Shown in pieces: positions 27,551 to 38,303 of a stretch of DNA of 64,000 nt. A model generated the notes under the pieces. It did no database searches. It saw only the letters and a program-made list of their open reading frames with translations, and had not been told where the DNA came from. The DNA lies in sequence record OR805292.1. One strand, given 5' to 3'. Position 1 is the stretch's first letter; each line of letters begins with the position of its first letter. The translations under genes were made by a program, and so were the position numbers.

Positions 27551-28738
27551 ATGTTTTTGAAAGACGTTAAAATTACAGAATCAAAAAAATTTAAGAAAAT
27601 AAATTCGATGTTAAAATCGAGTTACGGTGTATCGTTATCTGAGTCGGCGTCTGTCGAAGAACTAGAAAAACTCAAAGAATCTGTTGTAAAATCAATTATT
27701 AATAATAGAATCAATAATATTTCTGCATCGTCACCCGAGCATGCTAAATGCATTTTAATGAAAGAAGGCATCGACACTTTGTTAGAAATGCATAGATCGG
27801 TAGATGGCAGGGTAGATTCGGCATCGTATAATAATGTATTATCTACTCTATTTAAAGATGCAGTAAATTTATTAAAACAAGGTGATGACATAGACGATGC
27901 TATGAGATCCACCTTAAATTCGTATCGTTCTAGCTCATACAGATTTAAAGACGACGATATAGCATTAGATTTAAGAGCTAGATTAGAACATTATTTAAAT
28001 TCTAACTCAGATGATACTATGTTAACTGATTCGTATGATTGGTCAACTGTATCGCAATCTCAACGAGATGCAGCAAACGAATTATTGAAACAAAAAGGAA
28101 GTAAATTGGCTGATTTAGAATTAGAGCCATACGGCGACCGAGCAGACTTTGAACGCCATGGTCGTGAAATATACAAACATCCCAGCCTAACTAAAGGTAT
28201 TTCAGTGAAAGAATCTAGAAAATTAAATGAAAACGAAGTAGAACAAGCAGAAGTAGTTATTGCTGCTAAAGGTTTCGGTCAAGAACTGCAAACTATGGTA
28301 GAAAAGTTAGGCAGACTTATGAACGAAGACTTAGGTGCAGTATCTGATCAAATGCGTCAAACTTACGGCGCCGCTACAGCAAATAGATTCCAGTCAGAAT
28401 TACTTGCTGATTTCAATAGTATAGTAGACACCTTACGCAGTACAAAAGACCGCATCGATAATGCAGTAGATATGCTTTCTACTGGAAGTACATATACTGA
28501 TATGGATGGAATAGAAACTGCTGGCACCGATATTGATATGGATGATCAATTAGAAATAGGCGACGATTTAGGACTAGGAATAGAGGATAATTTCGGCGCT
28601 GCCGCTACTGAAGAACCGTTAGGTCGTTCCATGAAAGAATCTAACTCAACAAGAAGTAATAAACTAAAAAAATTATCTGAAAGTTTAGTTTCATTACAGG
28701 CATCTATAGATAAATTGAAATCTTCTAGGAAACAATAA
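27551..28738 (+). CDS. Putative prohead core/scaffold-like structural protein
   Basis: Two TAAATA motifs (27508, 27518), coiled-coil, repeated x-x-ES sites, acidic stretch. Confidence 0.5.
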   Translation: MFLKDVKITESKKFKKINSMLKSSYGVSLSESASVEELEKLKESVVKSIINNRINNISASSPEHAKCILMKEGIDTLLEMHRSVDGRVDSASYNNVLSTLFKDAVNLLKQGDDIDDAMRSTLNSYRSSSYRFKDDDIALDLRARLEHYLNSNSDDTMLTDSYDWSTVSQSQRDAANELLKQKGSKLADLELEPYGDRADFERHGREIYKHPSLTKGISVKESRKLNENEVEQAEVVIAAKGFGQELQTMVEKLGRLMNEDLGAVSDQMRQTYGAATANRFQSELLADFNSIVDTLRSTKDRIDNAVDMLSTGSTYTDMDGIETAGTDIDMDDQLEIGDDLGLGIEDNFGAAATEEPLGRSMKESNSTRSNKLKKLSESLVSLQASIDKLKSSRKQ

Positions 28739-29053
28739 GTGAAGATTAAAGATATATTAGTCGAATCAGACGAATATGTAGATAGACTAGAAAGTTCTTT
28801 GTTTGATATTATAACGGCAGCAAAAGCTGCCGGTTTGTCCATTATTAGTACAAAAAGGGTAACAGACAAATTAATTTCTATGGGTTATTCTGTTACACCC
28901 GATCAAGTTGTTTCTCAATTAGAAAATGTACCCGGCATTACTAGTGTAAATGGGCAAGTTATAACAATAGGTAACACAACAGATATTACTGACAAAGAAG
29001 ATGATAAGTTTTCTAAAGAAGTATCTAAATTAGCTATGCAGGATCTAAAATAA
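28739..29053 (+). CDS. Putative head protein
   Basis: MKIKDILVES leader. Confidence 0.5.
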   Translation: MKIKDILVESDEYVDRLESSLFDIITAAKAAGLSIISTKRVTDKLISMGYSVTPDQVVSQLENVPGITSVNGQVITIGNTTDITDKEDDKFSKEVSKLAMQDLK

Positions 29054-29388
29054 TGAGTTGTGGGTCTGGATTTATACGTGCTGAAGATGCAAGGATAATG
29101 AGTAGAGATAATAAAACTATCTTTACAGAAATATGCGGAATTCAGCAAGCAATACTAACAGCAATAGACATGAAGCAACTAAGCGTCTATGTTAAATCAG
29201 GTACACCTATAACTAATGACACACTCGATGAAGATTACTATAAAGTATTTATGAAACAAAAAACAGATAGGGCCATCACCGATCAGTTCGAATTCATAAC
29301 ACAATACTTTACTGATTTGGGATATGTAATCAAACTTCAGTTAAATCCTAACACTCAATCTAGCCTTCAGTGGTATATTACTTGGTAA
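29053..29388 (+). CDS. Conserved hypothetical (structural) protein
   Basis: 111-aa ORF coupled to the previous gene. Confidence 0.55.
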   Translation: MSCGSGFIRAEDARIMSRDNKTIFTEICGIQQAILTAIDMKQLSVYVKSGTPITNDTLDEDYYKVFMKQKTDRAITDQFEFITQYFTDLGYVIKLQLNPNTQSSLQWYITW

Positions 29389-29415
29389 TATACCACTAAT
29401 TTTCATTGTCTGTTC

Positions 29416-29444
29416 TTGACATATTTATAGCCTTATATTATAAT
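29416..29444 (+). promoter_or_regulatory. Sigma70 promoter
   Basis: TTGACA, 17 nt, TATAAT, ending 7 nt before ATG 29452. Confidence 0.88.
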
Positions 29445-29451
29445 ACAGGCT

Positions 29452-30117
29452 ATGTTAATACAAAAATTCAATTATACTTTTTGCGATCGTGTAGATTCTC
29501 CGGCAGGTAGAAAATACAAAACACCAGACGGAAAATTATTGCCTTCTGTTACTACTATATTAGATTTTGTTACCGATAAGTCATTTCTAACTGATTGGCG
29601 TGAAAGGGAAGGTGAAGAAAACGCAGCTAAAATAACAGAGTCGTCTTCATACACCGGAACGCATTTGCACCAAAACTTAGAAAATTTTCTTAACGGTAGT
29701 TCCGAAATTAACGGAAATCCTATGGCTAAAATGATGTTTGGTTTAATTAAACAGAACGGACTGAAACATCTATCAGAAGCATGGGGTACTGAAGTCCCAT
29801 TATATTATCCTGAATTATATGCAGGTACTACAGACTTGGTCGGTGTATATAAGGATAAAGAATCAATAATAGATTTTAAAAATGCAAGAAATGTTAGGAA
29901 AAAAGAATGGATTGAAAATTATTTTAAGCAATTAGTTGCATATGCAGAAGCTCACAACATCATGTATGGAACTAATATAACTACTGGTGTTATACTTATG
30001 GCAACACAAACAGGAATGTTTCAGGAATTTATTATAGAAGCAGATGAATATTCTGAATATAAGAATATGTGGTTTGATGATGTTATGAGATATTATACTG
30101 AAGTAGTATTGGCATAA
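29452..30117 (+). CDS. PD-(D/E)XK exonuclease (phage exonuclease A-like)
   Basis: PSVTTIL, GTHLH, YAGTTDLV, IIDFK, QL.AY. Confidence 0.85.
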   Translation: MLIQKFNYTFCDRVDSPAGRKYKTPDGKLLPSVTTILDFVTDKSFLTDWREREGEENAAKITESSSYTGTHLHQNLENFLNGSSEINGNPMAKMMFGLIKQNGLKHLSEAWGTEVPLYYPELYAGTTDLVGVYKDKESIIDFKNARNVRKKEWIENYFKQLVAYAEAHNIMYGTNITTGVILMATQTGMFQEFIIEADEYSEYKNMWFDDVMRYYTEVVLA

Positions 30118-30148
30118 ATATAATACAAAATAAAATGGAATTTTTAGC

Positions 30149-31348
30149 ATGGCCGATCCGTATTTAACACAAGATATAATAGTAGCACGAATAGAAAACA
30201 GAAGAGGTCGTCGTGTTAACTTGCCGCAACCACTAAGACCGGGAGAACTCGGTTGGTGTATGGATACTAAGCAATTATTTATTGGCGTGTCTAACGAAGA
30301 TGCAGTAGCAGCCGTTGAATTGTTTAGGGGAGAACCTCTTGGATCCCAAGATTTAGTTAACCAAACGTTATTACACAATATTTTTACTTTTGTATCGGAG
30401 CCAACTACATTAACTGATGCTGAAAAGCAAAATCTAGCAGAATTGGCTAAATTCCCGCAGCTATACTATGTTTCTGATACTAACAGAGAAAGTATTAATG
30501 AATACGAACGAAATATAGAGATTATTCGTAGTGTTAAGACGTCTGTACTTCAGTCAACAGGTAGCGCATCTGATATTAGATATACATTGATGTATTCGTG
30601 GACTATTGATTCCTCTGATCAGTATACGTTTAAATTTTTTGCAGGATGCCAACCGCCCGATTCGTTTAATCTGACAACTATAGCTAACAATTCGTATATT
30701 ATAGATAACACTGTAAACTCTGCATACAATAACGGTATAGTAATGGACGCAGGGATATTATTTACTGATACTGTATACGAATCTGCTAGTTTAAGTGTAT
30801 TAATAAATGAATATATTACTACAGACAGTGACAAAGCATATGTAACTACAAAACAAAACGTAGAAATACTAACAGAATACTTTAAAACTACTAGTAGTAC
30901 AGATGTAATAGTAAATAGTCCTATAACATACGAATTAGAGCCTTCTAATTCGTTTACTTTAGTAAAAACTATAGATATAATAAACGGCGGTAACTACGAA
31001 ACTAGTCCAATGACGTTTGATGGTTCGGTATCTGATACATTTAATATAGATTATTCTATAAGTTTTGATGACATGCAAGGCCCAGTTATGGGCAGCGATG
31101 GCAGGTTTGTTCAAACAGGAACATTAAATATTATTTTATCTAAAGGATCAGAAACTGTAGTTGTTTCGGATACATCTGTTGAGCACAGATCTTCAGTGGG
31201 ATACGACGCTGATGTAGATTTTAGTGGAGAATATGTAGCACCTAACACAGTAAATATAACATACAGGCATAATTTTCCGTCGAGGGTACTTCTTAAATTA
31301 ACTACAAAGCGTTGGATTTCGTGGGATAACGAATCAGTTCAGAATTAA
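30149..31348 (+). CDS. Putative virion (tail/baseplate-associated) protein
   Basis: TAAATA 30115-30120; N-terminal L.PGELG.C.DT.QLFIG motif typical of fibre/structural proteins; Ser/Thr-rich. Confidence 0.55.
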   Translation: MADPYLTQDIIVARIENRRGRRVNLPQPLRPGELGWCMDTKQLFIGVSNEDAVAAVELFRGEPLGSQDLVNQTLLHNIFTFVSEPTTLTDAEKQNLAELAKFPQLYYVSDTNRESINEYERNIEIIRSVKTSVLQSTGSASDIRYTLMYSWTIDSSDQYTFKFFAGCQPPDSFNLTTIANNSYIIDNTVNSAYNNGIVMDAGILFTDTVYESASLSVLINEYITTDSDKAYVTTKQNVEILTEYFKTTSSTDVIVNSPITYELEPSNSFTLVKTIDIINGGNYETSPMTFDGSVSDTFNIDYSISFDDMQGPVMGSDGRFVQTGTLNIILSKGSETVVVSDTSVEHRSSVGYDADVDFSGEYVAPNTVNITYRHNFPSRVLLKLTTKRWISWDNESVQN

Positions 31349-31364
31349 CAAATAGAAATAATAA

Positions 31365-31799
31365 ATGACAGATTGGAATAATCTCCGGGCAGATAAACGG
31401 ATTGCTGCCTGGAGACAGCATAGACTCTCCTTAAAAACTCTACCCATTAATCAAGCATTACTAGAAATTGCAAACTTTTTTGCAGATATGCCGTTAGGTC
31501 CTAGAACCATTGATTTTTACAATCCTAATACTTGGCCAGATCCGTGGGACATTCTTGCTGATATTAAATTTTGTGAAAATTCTATATCATTAATGATGTA
31601 CTACACTGTTATTTCTGTATTCCCTGATACAAATATTAAAATGTATGTCATAGATGATACAGAACAAAGATTTATGGTACCTGTTGTGGATGGTATGGTA
31701 TTAAATTATTATCCAAGAGATGTAATAGAATTAAATAATCTAACAAATATAACTGTAATAGATATTTACAGTAAAGAACACATAAGAGAACTAAACTAA
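31365..31799 (+). CDS. Conserved hypothetical protein
   Basis: 144-aa ORF. Confidence 0.55.
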   Translation: MTDWNNLRADKRIAAWRQHRLSLKTLPINQALLEIANFFADMPLGPRTIDFYNPNTWPDPWDILADIKFCENSISLMMYYTVISVFPDTNIKMYVIDDTEQRFMVPVVDGMVLNYYPRDVIELNNLTNITVIDIYSKEHIRELN

Positions 31800-31807
31800 G
31801 GAAATAT

Positions 31808-34093
31808 ATGAAAGGGATTTTTGTTATTAAACGTGACGGTACCAAAGAAGAATTTGATCCAGAAAAAATTCATAAAATTTTATATTGGGCAACTGAGGGT
31901 TTAACAGGTGTATCTGTGTCTCATTTAGAAATGAAGGCACAATTGCAATTATACCCCGGAATCACAACTGATACTATTCATGAAATTTTAATTGCTGCTG
32001 CACATGAATTAATTTCTGAAGAAAGTCCTAATTACCAATGGGTTGCAGCAAGGCTTCGACTGTTTCAAATTAGAAAAGAAGCATTAGGTCAGTATGATAC
32101 AATTCCTGTTTATGATTTAGTACAAAGAAATATCAAGCTAGGATATTATACAAAAGAGCTGTTGGATTGGTATACAAAGGAAGAATGGGATCATTTCGAT
32201 AATGTAATAGATCATTCGAGGGATTTTAACCATGCCTATGCAGGTATGGAACAATTTCGTGGAAAATATTTAGTTCAAGATAGAGTTACTAAGAAAGTAT
32301 TTGAAACCCCTCAATACCTAAATCTTTTAGTTGCAGCAACTATGTTCCATAAATATACAGGAAAAGAACGAGTTGCTATAGTAAAAGAATGTTATGATTT
32401 ATTAAGTACTGGTGTAATTTCCTTGCCAACACCTATTATGGCAGGTCTTAGAACCTCTGTAAAACAATTTAGTTCATGTGTATTAATCGAAACTGATGAT
32501 AGCTTAGATTCCATAAATGCTACAACTAGTTCTATTGTTAAATATATTAGTCAAAAGGCAGGGATAGGCATACACGGCGGTCATATACGTGCATTAGGGG
32601 CAAAGATAAGAAATGGTGATACAAAACATACTGGCGTAACTCCGTTTTATAGAATGTTCCAAGCTGCTGTTAAATCTTGTTCTCAAGGCGGCGTGCGCGG
32701 GGGCGCTGCTACACTTTCTGCTCCCTATTGGCATCTAGAAATTGAAACAATTCTTAATCTTAAAAATAATAAAGGAACTGAAGAGAATTCGGTCAGACAC
32801 ATGGATTATTGCATACTGTTTAACAGATTTGCATATTCTAGATTGTTAGAAAACGGTAATATAACATTATTCAGTCCGAACGAAGTGCCTGATTTACAAA
32901 AAGCGTTTTATGATGATCAAAAAGAATTTGAACGTCTTTATGTAAAATACGAAAATACTAAGGGAATTATTAAGCATACTATTAGTGCTGAAGAACTATT
33001 TGATAAGTTTATAACAGAACGAAAAGAAACTGGCCGTATATATTTAATGAATATTGATCATGCAAATGATCATGGTGCATTTATTCCCGAATTTGCACCG
33101 ATTAAAATGACAAATTTGTGTACCGAAATTACACTTGCAACTAAACCTCTTAAACATGTATATGATGAAGAAGGTGAAATAGCGTTATGTACACTTGCAG
33201 CAATTAATTTAGGTTTAGTTAAGAAAAAAGAAGATTTGCAACGACCTGCCGAAATATTAGTGAGAGGTTTAAACGAGTTACTAGATTATCAAAATTATCC
33301 GATTCCTGCCGCAAAAAATTCTACACTTAAATATCGTCCGTTGGGAATAGGAGTTATTAATCTTGCATATTGGTTAGCTAAAAATAATTTCAAATATACC
33401 GATAACAGCGGATTAGAAGCATGGGATGAGTTAATGGAAGCATTCCAGTATTATTTAATTAAAGCTAGTTCGGATATAGCAAAAGAAAAAAATGCTACAA
33501 TACCGGGATGGGATAATATAAAATATAGCAGGAATATTTTCCCTATAGATACTTATAAAACAAGTGTAGACCAATTAGTTAAAAATGTACAAAGAATGCC
33601 ATGGGATGAACTGAGAGAACAAGTAGCACAATATGGCATGTATAATAGTAATTTATCTAGTTTTATGCCGTCAGAGACATCTGCGCAAATAAGTAATGCA
33701 ACTAATGGCATAGAACCGCCTAGAGCATTTATTAGTGTAAAAGGATCAGGCGAAGGTAGACTTAAACAAGTGGTACCTGGATTCCCTAAACTAAAGAATA
33801 GATACGAACTGTTATGGGATATGAAAAGTTGTACGGGTTATTTAAATCTAGTAGCAATTGCACAGAAATATCTAGATCAGGCAATTTCTACAAATACATT
33901 TTATAATCCAGAACACTACGAGAATGATGAAATTCCTAAATCAGTAATGATCAAAGATCTGCTATATGCATATAAAATGGGTTTAAAAACACTTTATTAC
34001 CATAATACATACGATGGTCAAACAGACGACGTAGAGGCTGATATTTCATCTGCTATTGCTGATGAAGAAGATTGCGATTCTTGCAAAATATAA
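31808..34093 (+). CDS. nrdA: Ribonucleotide reductase class Ia alpha subunit
   Basis: ATP cone (KRDG), QFSSCVL, TNLCTEI, MPSETSAQISNATNGIEP, C-terminal C..C. Confidence 0.97.
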   Translation: MKGIFVIKRDGTKEEFDPEKIHKILYWATEGLTGVSVSHLEMKAQLQLYPGITTDTIHEILIAAAHELISEESPNYQWVAARLRLFQIRKEALGQYDTIPVYDLVQRNIKLGYYTKELLDWYTKEEWDHFDNVIDHSRDFNHAYAGMEQFRGKYLVQDRVTKKVFETPQYLNLLVAATMFHKYTGKERVAIVKECYDLLSTGVISLPTPIMAGLRTSVKQFSSCVLIETDDSLDSINATTSSIVKYISQKAGIGIHGGHIRALGAKIRNGDTKHTGVTPFYRMFQAAVKSCSQGGVRGGAATLSAPYWHLEIETILNLKNNKGTEENSVRHMDYCILFNRFAYSRLLENGNITLFSPNEVPDLQKAFYDDQKEFERLYVKYENTKGIIKHTISAEELFDKFITERKETGRIYLMNIDHANDHGAFIPEFAPIKMTNLCTEITLATKPLKHVYDEEGEIALCTLAAINLGLVKKKEDLQRPAEILVRGLNELLDYQNYPIPAAKNSTLKYRPLGIGVINLAYWLAKNNFKYTDNSGLEAWDELMEAFQYYLIKASSDIAKEKNATIPGWDNIKYSRNIFPIDTYKTSVDQLVKNVQRMPWDELREQVAQYGMYNSNLSSFMPSETSAQISNATNGIEPPRAFISVKGSGEGRLKQVVPGFPKLKNRYELLWDMKSCTGYLNLVAIAQKYLDQAISTNTFYNPEHYENDEIPKSVMIKDLLYAYKMGLKTLYYHNTYDGQTDDVEADISSAIADEEDCDSCKI

Positions 34094-34146
34094 TATAAAA
34101 AGGGAACATTGTTCCCTTTATTACACACAATATAAGGATAACATAC

Positions 34147-35286
34147 ATGAAATTTAAAACATTTGAACCAGAACAGTTTGATGCTACTAAAGAAGCTATG
34201 TTCTTCGGTCGGCCAATAAACGTATCTAGGTTTGATAGACAAAAATATTCATTTTTCGAAAAGCAAACCAGAAAACAGATAGGTTTCTTCTGGGTACCAG
34301 AAGAAATAGCAATGGATCAAGATAAAGATGATTTTCATCGCAAATTAGACGCAGCCGGTAAACATATTTTTACATCAAATCTCAGTTATCAGATTTTACT
34401 AGATTCTGTTCAGGGTAGAGCACCTAATATTGCACTTACTCCGTTTGTGTCTATTCCGGAATTAGAAGGATTTATTCTTGCATGGACTTTTATGGAAAGT
34501 ATACATTCGAGAAGTTATTCTCACTTAATTAGGAATGTGTACCATGATCCAAAAGATGTGTTAGATAATGTAGTAAAAATAGAACCTATCATCGAACGTG
34601 CCAGCGCAGTTACAAAATACTATGACGAGTTTATAGAATATGGTAATTGGTACAATATGCTAGGATATGGTAATCATATTGTAAACGGTAAAGAAATAGA
34701 TATAAATCCGAAAAAACTAATGACATTATTCTATAAAATGATGGTAGCTATAAACATACTAGAAGGTGTCAGATTTTATGTTTCGTTTGCATGTACATGG
34801 GCATATAGTGAATCGTTAAAATTAATGAATAAATCTGCAAAAATAATTAAAATGATTTGCAGAGACGAAAACGTACACTTGGCAGTTACTACTACTATTC
34901 TTAAAAAGTTTGCAGATGGCTCAGAAGGCGAAGCATGGAAACAAATTGCAGAAAATTGCAAAGATGAGGTTTATGCTATGTATGAAGAAGCTGTTCAACA
35001 AGAACGTGAATGGGCAGATTATTTGTTTAAAGATGGTTCTATCGTAGGTTTATCGTCTGCCATACTAAAACAGTATGTTGAGTTTATTGCAGATAGACGT
35101 TTGCATGCATTAGGTATGCAAAAAATATACAAACATGCTAGTAATCCACTTCCGTGGACAGAGCATTGGATTGGTTCTAAAACAACCCAAGTAGCGCCAC
35201 AAGAAGAGGAAATTACTTCGTATACTCAGGGCGGAGTAAAAAATGATATTTCTGAAATTTATAATACAGGATTTAGTTTAGACTAA
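34147..35286 (+). CDS. nrdB: Ribonucleotide reductase class Ia beta subunit
   Basis: FFWVPEEI, LDSVQGR, ESIHSRSY, EGVRFY, RDENVH, VAPQEEEITSY. Confidence 0.97.
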   Translation: MKFKTFEPEQFDATKEAMFFGRPINVSRFDRQKYSFFEKQTRKQIGFFWVPEEIAMDQDKDDFHRKLDAAGKHIFTSNLSYQILLDSVQGRAPNIALTPFVSIPELEGFILAWTFMESIHSRSYSHLIRNVYHDPKDVLDNVVKIEPIIERASAVTKYYDEFIEYGNWYNMLGYGNHIVNGKEIDINPKKLMTLFYKMMVAINILEGVRFYVSFACTWAYSESLKLMNKSAKIIKMICRDENVHLAVTTTILKKFADGSEGEAWKQIAENCKDEVYAMYEEAVQQEREWADYLFKDGSIVGLSSAILKQYVEFIADRRLHALGMQKIYKHASNPLPWTEHWIGSKTTQVAPQEEEITSYTQGGVKNDISEIYNTGFSLD

Positions 35287-35310
35287 ATAAATTAAAATAC
35301 AGGAGTTCAT

Positions 35311-36333
35311 ATGCCAGAAGCAGTAAGATTAGGGGATATATGTAGCGGTCATCAAATTGGATATCCACCGCGCCCGAATGTTCAGGGTAGTCCTAATGTA
35401 TTCGTGAATAATTTACCAGAACACCGAGTAACAGATAAGTGGGATGTGCATTGCAGTCCCGCCGGGTCCTGTCACAATAGTACAATGGCAGTAGGATCTC
35501 CTAACGTATGGGTAAATAATCTTCCTGCTGCTAGGCTAGGCGATTTAGTCGGTTGTACTTCGTTGGCAGCTCAGGGTAGTCCTAACGTTTTTATTAATAA
35601 CGGCAACACTGATCCTATAATAGTAGATGATGTAATATTACCTAAAGACCAGAATGAATATATCAACGCAGTAGGAATTCTTCCTTGCGGTCCTTTAGAT
35701 TACCAGGAAGGCGATCCTATCGCAGACGAATATGAAACAAATTCAGGGGGAGGGCATTATCCTCCCCTGCCCCAAACAACACCGCCGCCGCCCATATCTA
35801 AACCTCCTGTAGATGAAAATAATAATATTCCCCCGGCGCGTCCGCCAATACCTACGGAATGTCCAGTCATAACAGGTAGCATAGATTATTCTATTAGATT
35901 AAGTCCTAATTTTACAATAGGGGATTTATCTATAAAAGCCACATTTCCTCATGCTATAAAAGCACAACGTGGTCTAACTGTAAATGAAATAGTATGTAAT
36001 CTTAAAAGTTTAGCAGAGCATTGCTTAGAACCTATTATAGCACAATATCCGGGAGCTAGAATAAATTCCGGTTTCAGGAATGTACAAAACGGCAAGTCTG
36101 ATCACGAAAAGGGTTTTGCTGCCGATTTACAATGGCCAGGAAAGTCGTATGATCAATTATGGCAAATGGTTTTGTGGGTAAAAGATAATGTCCCGTACAA
36201 ACAACTTATATGGGAGCATGGCAACATGCCATGGATACACATTGCATACGCAAGGACCGGCGAAACGTCTGCTACTAGGGTAATGACTATGTATCAGAAT
36301 CAATATAGTCCCGGATTAAAGAAAATGCGTTAA
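35311..36333 (+). CDS. PAAR spike-tip protein fused to an M15-family peptidase
   Basis: N-terminal gp5.4-like PAAR (RLGD...GSPNVFVN repeats, PAAR); Pro-rich linker; LSPNFT...INSGFR...SDH...AADL...WIH; TAAATA 35284. Confidence 0.85.
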   Translation: MPEAVRLGDICSGHQIGYPPRPNVQGSPNVFVNNLPEHRVTDKWDVHCSPAGSCHNSTMAVGSPNVWVNNLPAARLGDLVGCTSLAAQGSPNVFINNGNTDPIIVDDVILPKDQNEYINAVGILPCGPLDYQEGDPIADEYETNSGGGHYPPLPQTTPPPPISKPPVDENNNIPPARPPIPTECPVITGSIDYSIRLSPNFTIGDLSIKATFPHAIKAQRGLTVNEIVCNLKSLAEHCLEPIIAQYPGARINSGFRNVQNGKSDHEKGFAADLQWPGKSYDQLWQMVLWVKDNVPYKQLIWEHGNMPWIHIAYARTGETSATRVMTMYQNQYSPGLKKMR

Positions 36334-36373
36334 CTAAATACATTAACTAGACACAAACACACAAGGAGAAAAA

Positions 36374-36598
36374 ATGTCTGCTAGTAAAACACCGTACGAA
36401 ATTAGACTTAATATTTTAGAACTTGCTTATAAAATCGTAAGAGATAAAAAACAAGCAGATTATATAAGTAAAAGCATACATTCGTCTGGAAGTGTTGTCA
36501 TAACAGAATGTATAGACATTTCGGCAGATGAAGTAATAGAAGTAGCAAAAAAGCTTAATTCGTTTATTTCTACGTCTGAAAAGAGACTAAATGGTTAA
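36374..36598 (+). CDS. Conserved hypothetical protein
   Basis: TPYEIRL.IL N-terminus, AGGAG SD, TAAATA 36335. Confidence 0.6.
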   Translation: MSASKTPYEIRLNILELAYKIVRDKKQADYISKSIHSSGSVVITECIDISADEVIEVAKKLNSFISTSEKRLNG

Positions 36599-36806
36599 AA
36601 TCCAAATACCTATACTAGATGAAAATAAACGCGACATGATGTTGTGGTGTTCTGAGAACGTTAGTCCTGCAGATTATTATATCATGTCGTCGTATGATAG
36701 TGAAAATTACAGAATATGTATTACTTTTGCGTTCTTTGAAGAAAGTGATGCACTTATGTTTATGTTATACTTTTCTATCCCTGACAGTAATATTTATAGA
36801 CATTGA
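36591..36806 (+). CDS. Small WCxEN-family protein
   Basis: WCSENV...FAFFEESDALMF.L, shared with the 52757 and 53175 genes. Confidence 0.6.
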   Translation: MVKIQIPILDENKRDMMLWCSENVSPADYYIMSSYDSENYRICITFAFFEESDALMFMLYFSIPDSNIYRH

Positions 36807-36831
36807 CTTGCTACTACAACAGTTGTATAAT
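36803..36831 (+). promoter_or_regulatory. Sigma70 promoter
   Basis: TTGACT, 17 nt, TATAAT. Confidence 0.8.
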
Positions 36832-36863
36832 GTAACTATATTAGTACAACTGGATGAATAAAC

Positions 36864-37625
36864 ATGAACTTAGCACACTGTACTTCAGGCTATTCGAAAA
36901 TGCTAGTTATTAGTGATATTCATTCGGCAGCTGACAAACTAAAACAAGCGTTAGACTATGCAACTAAACATGACATGTTTGTTGTATTTCTCGGCGATTT
37001 AGTCGACGGTGTAGTTAATGCAAAACCTATGGAAACTCTATTAATGGTAAAATCGGTAATAGAGAATAACTGCGGTGCATTAATTATAGGAAATCATGAT
37101 GACAAATTCTATCGCTGGGCGCAAGGTAACGAAGTTGTGTTGGGTAACCAACAGCAATCTACATTAGAAAGCATAGGCGATTATTTAATTTCTGAATTTT
37201 CTGACTGCATAACAGACATTATAACCAATTGCAATGCATACTACTATGCATATTTAAACAATTGGTTATTTGCTCACGGTGCAGTAGCAGAATCCATGTG
37301 GGATTATCCTGTAGCAGTATCAAAGTATGAGAGGTATATGTTACTGTACGGTCAAACCAATGGTCAACGTGATAATACAGGCTTTCCCGTTAGACTTTAT
37401 AGTTGGACGGATCATGTCCCTTCGGGCAAATGGTGTATAGTAGGACATGATAGAGCACCTTTTCACGGAAAGAAAATAACACACCCTGTAATACATGTAA
37501 ACAATAATAAAGGTAGGACTATCTTTATGGACACGTCGTGCGGGAAAATACCGGAAGGTAAGCTTAGTTGTGCAATATTGGATATACAATCTGTTATTAG
37601 ATTAGAGAAATTTATAGCAATATGA
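36864..37625 (+). CDS. Calcineurin-like metallophosphoesterase (PrpE/Pnkp-phosphatase type)
   Basis: SDIH, GDLVD, GNHD, AHG, LYG.T.G..D..G.P.R, VGH, DTSC. Confidence 0.85.
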   Translation: MNLAHCTSGYSKMLVISDIHSAADKLKQALDYATKHDMFVVFLGDLVDGVVNAKPMETLLMVKSVIENNCGALIIGNHDDKFYRWAQGNEVVLGNQQQSTLESIGDYLISEFSDCITDIITNCNAYYYAYLNNWLFAHGAVAESMWDYPVAVSKYERYMLLYGQTNGQRDNTGFPVRLYSWTDHVPSGKWCIVGHDRAPFHGKKITHPVIHVNNNKGRTIFMDTSCGKIPEGKLSCAILDIQSVIRLEKFIAI

Positions 37626-37990
37626 AATACTTAGCTGTAGTTGGCAGTAGAGGGTATATAGATTCTGACTTTATATTCTTGGTATTGGATGCACTTTTTA
37701 CAGAATACATGTACGAAGGTATAGTATCGGGCGGATGTAAAAATAGTCCCGATGAAATAGCTGCCATATACGCAAACTTAAATAATATACCATTACTAGA
37801 AATAAAACCGGACTGGAAACAATACGGTAAATCTGCAGGTTTCAAAAGAAATGTAGAAATATGGGATAACGCACATTCTGGTGTTGCATTCTGGGATGGA
37901 GTTAGTAAAGGAACAAAACACAGCTTCTATATAGCTAAAAGTCAAAATAAAGATATAATAATTTTTAAAGGAAAGGAGTTGTATGAATGA
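37622..37990 (+). CDS. SLOG/DUF2493-family protein
   Basis: VVGSR, IVSGG...D, AGFKRN, FWDG.SKGT. Confidence 0.8.
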   Translation: MKYLAVVGSRGYIDSDFIFLVLDALFTEYMYEGIVSGGCKNSPDEIAAIYANLNNIPLLEIKPDWKQYGKSAGFKRNVEIWDNAHSGVAFWDGVSKGTKHSFYIAKSQNKDIIIFKGKELYE

Positions 37991-38303
37991 TAGTTTTATG
38001 TTCTATGGCCAAATAATTAATTTTGTTGTTTTTGCCATAGTGGTTATTGTATCGTTTATTAAGATGATTTATATTATAGCTGACGATGAAACTGAAGACA
38101 CTTTATCTGAAAAAATAAACAAACATTTGTTCGATTGGTTTTGGTTAGCAATAGGACAATTTTTATTCTGTTTTATTCCGTTATTATATACTGCATTCTG
38201 GGCAATTATTGTATTACAACACGCATTGGTTTTTATAACAAAACAAATAATAAATTCGAACTATATTCAAAAATACAGAACATTTAACAAACTTAAAAAA
38301 TAA
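37983..38303 (+). CDS. Hypothetical membrane protein
   Basis: Two to three hydrophobic segments. Confidence 0.55.
   Translation: MNDSFMFYGQIINFVVFAIVVIVSFIKMIYIIADDETEDTLSEKINKHLFDWFWLAIGQFLFCFIPLLYTAFWAIIVLQHALVFITKQIINSNYIQKYRTFNKLKK

Noticed and set aside
29452-30117. Cas4 or CRISPR adaptation gene
   Set aside because: It lacks the Fe-S cysteine cluster, I saw no repeat-spacer array or other cas gene in the window, and it fits phage exonuclease A.
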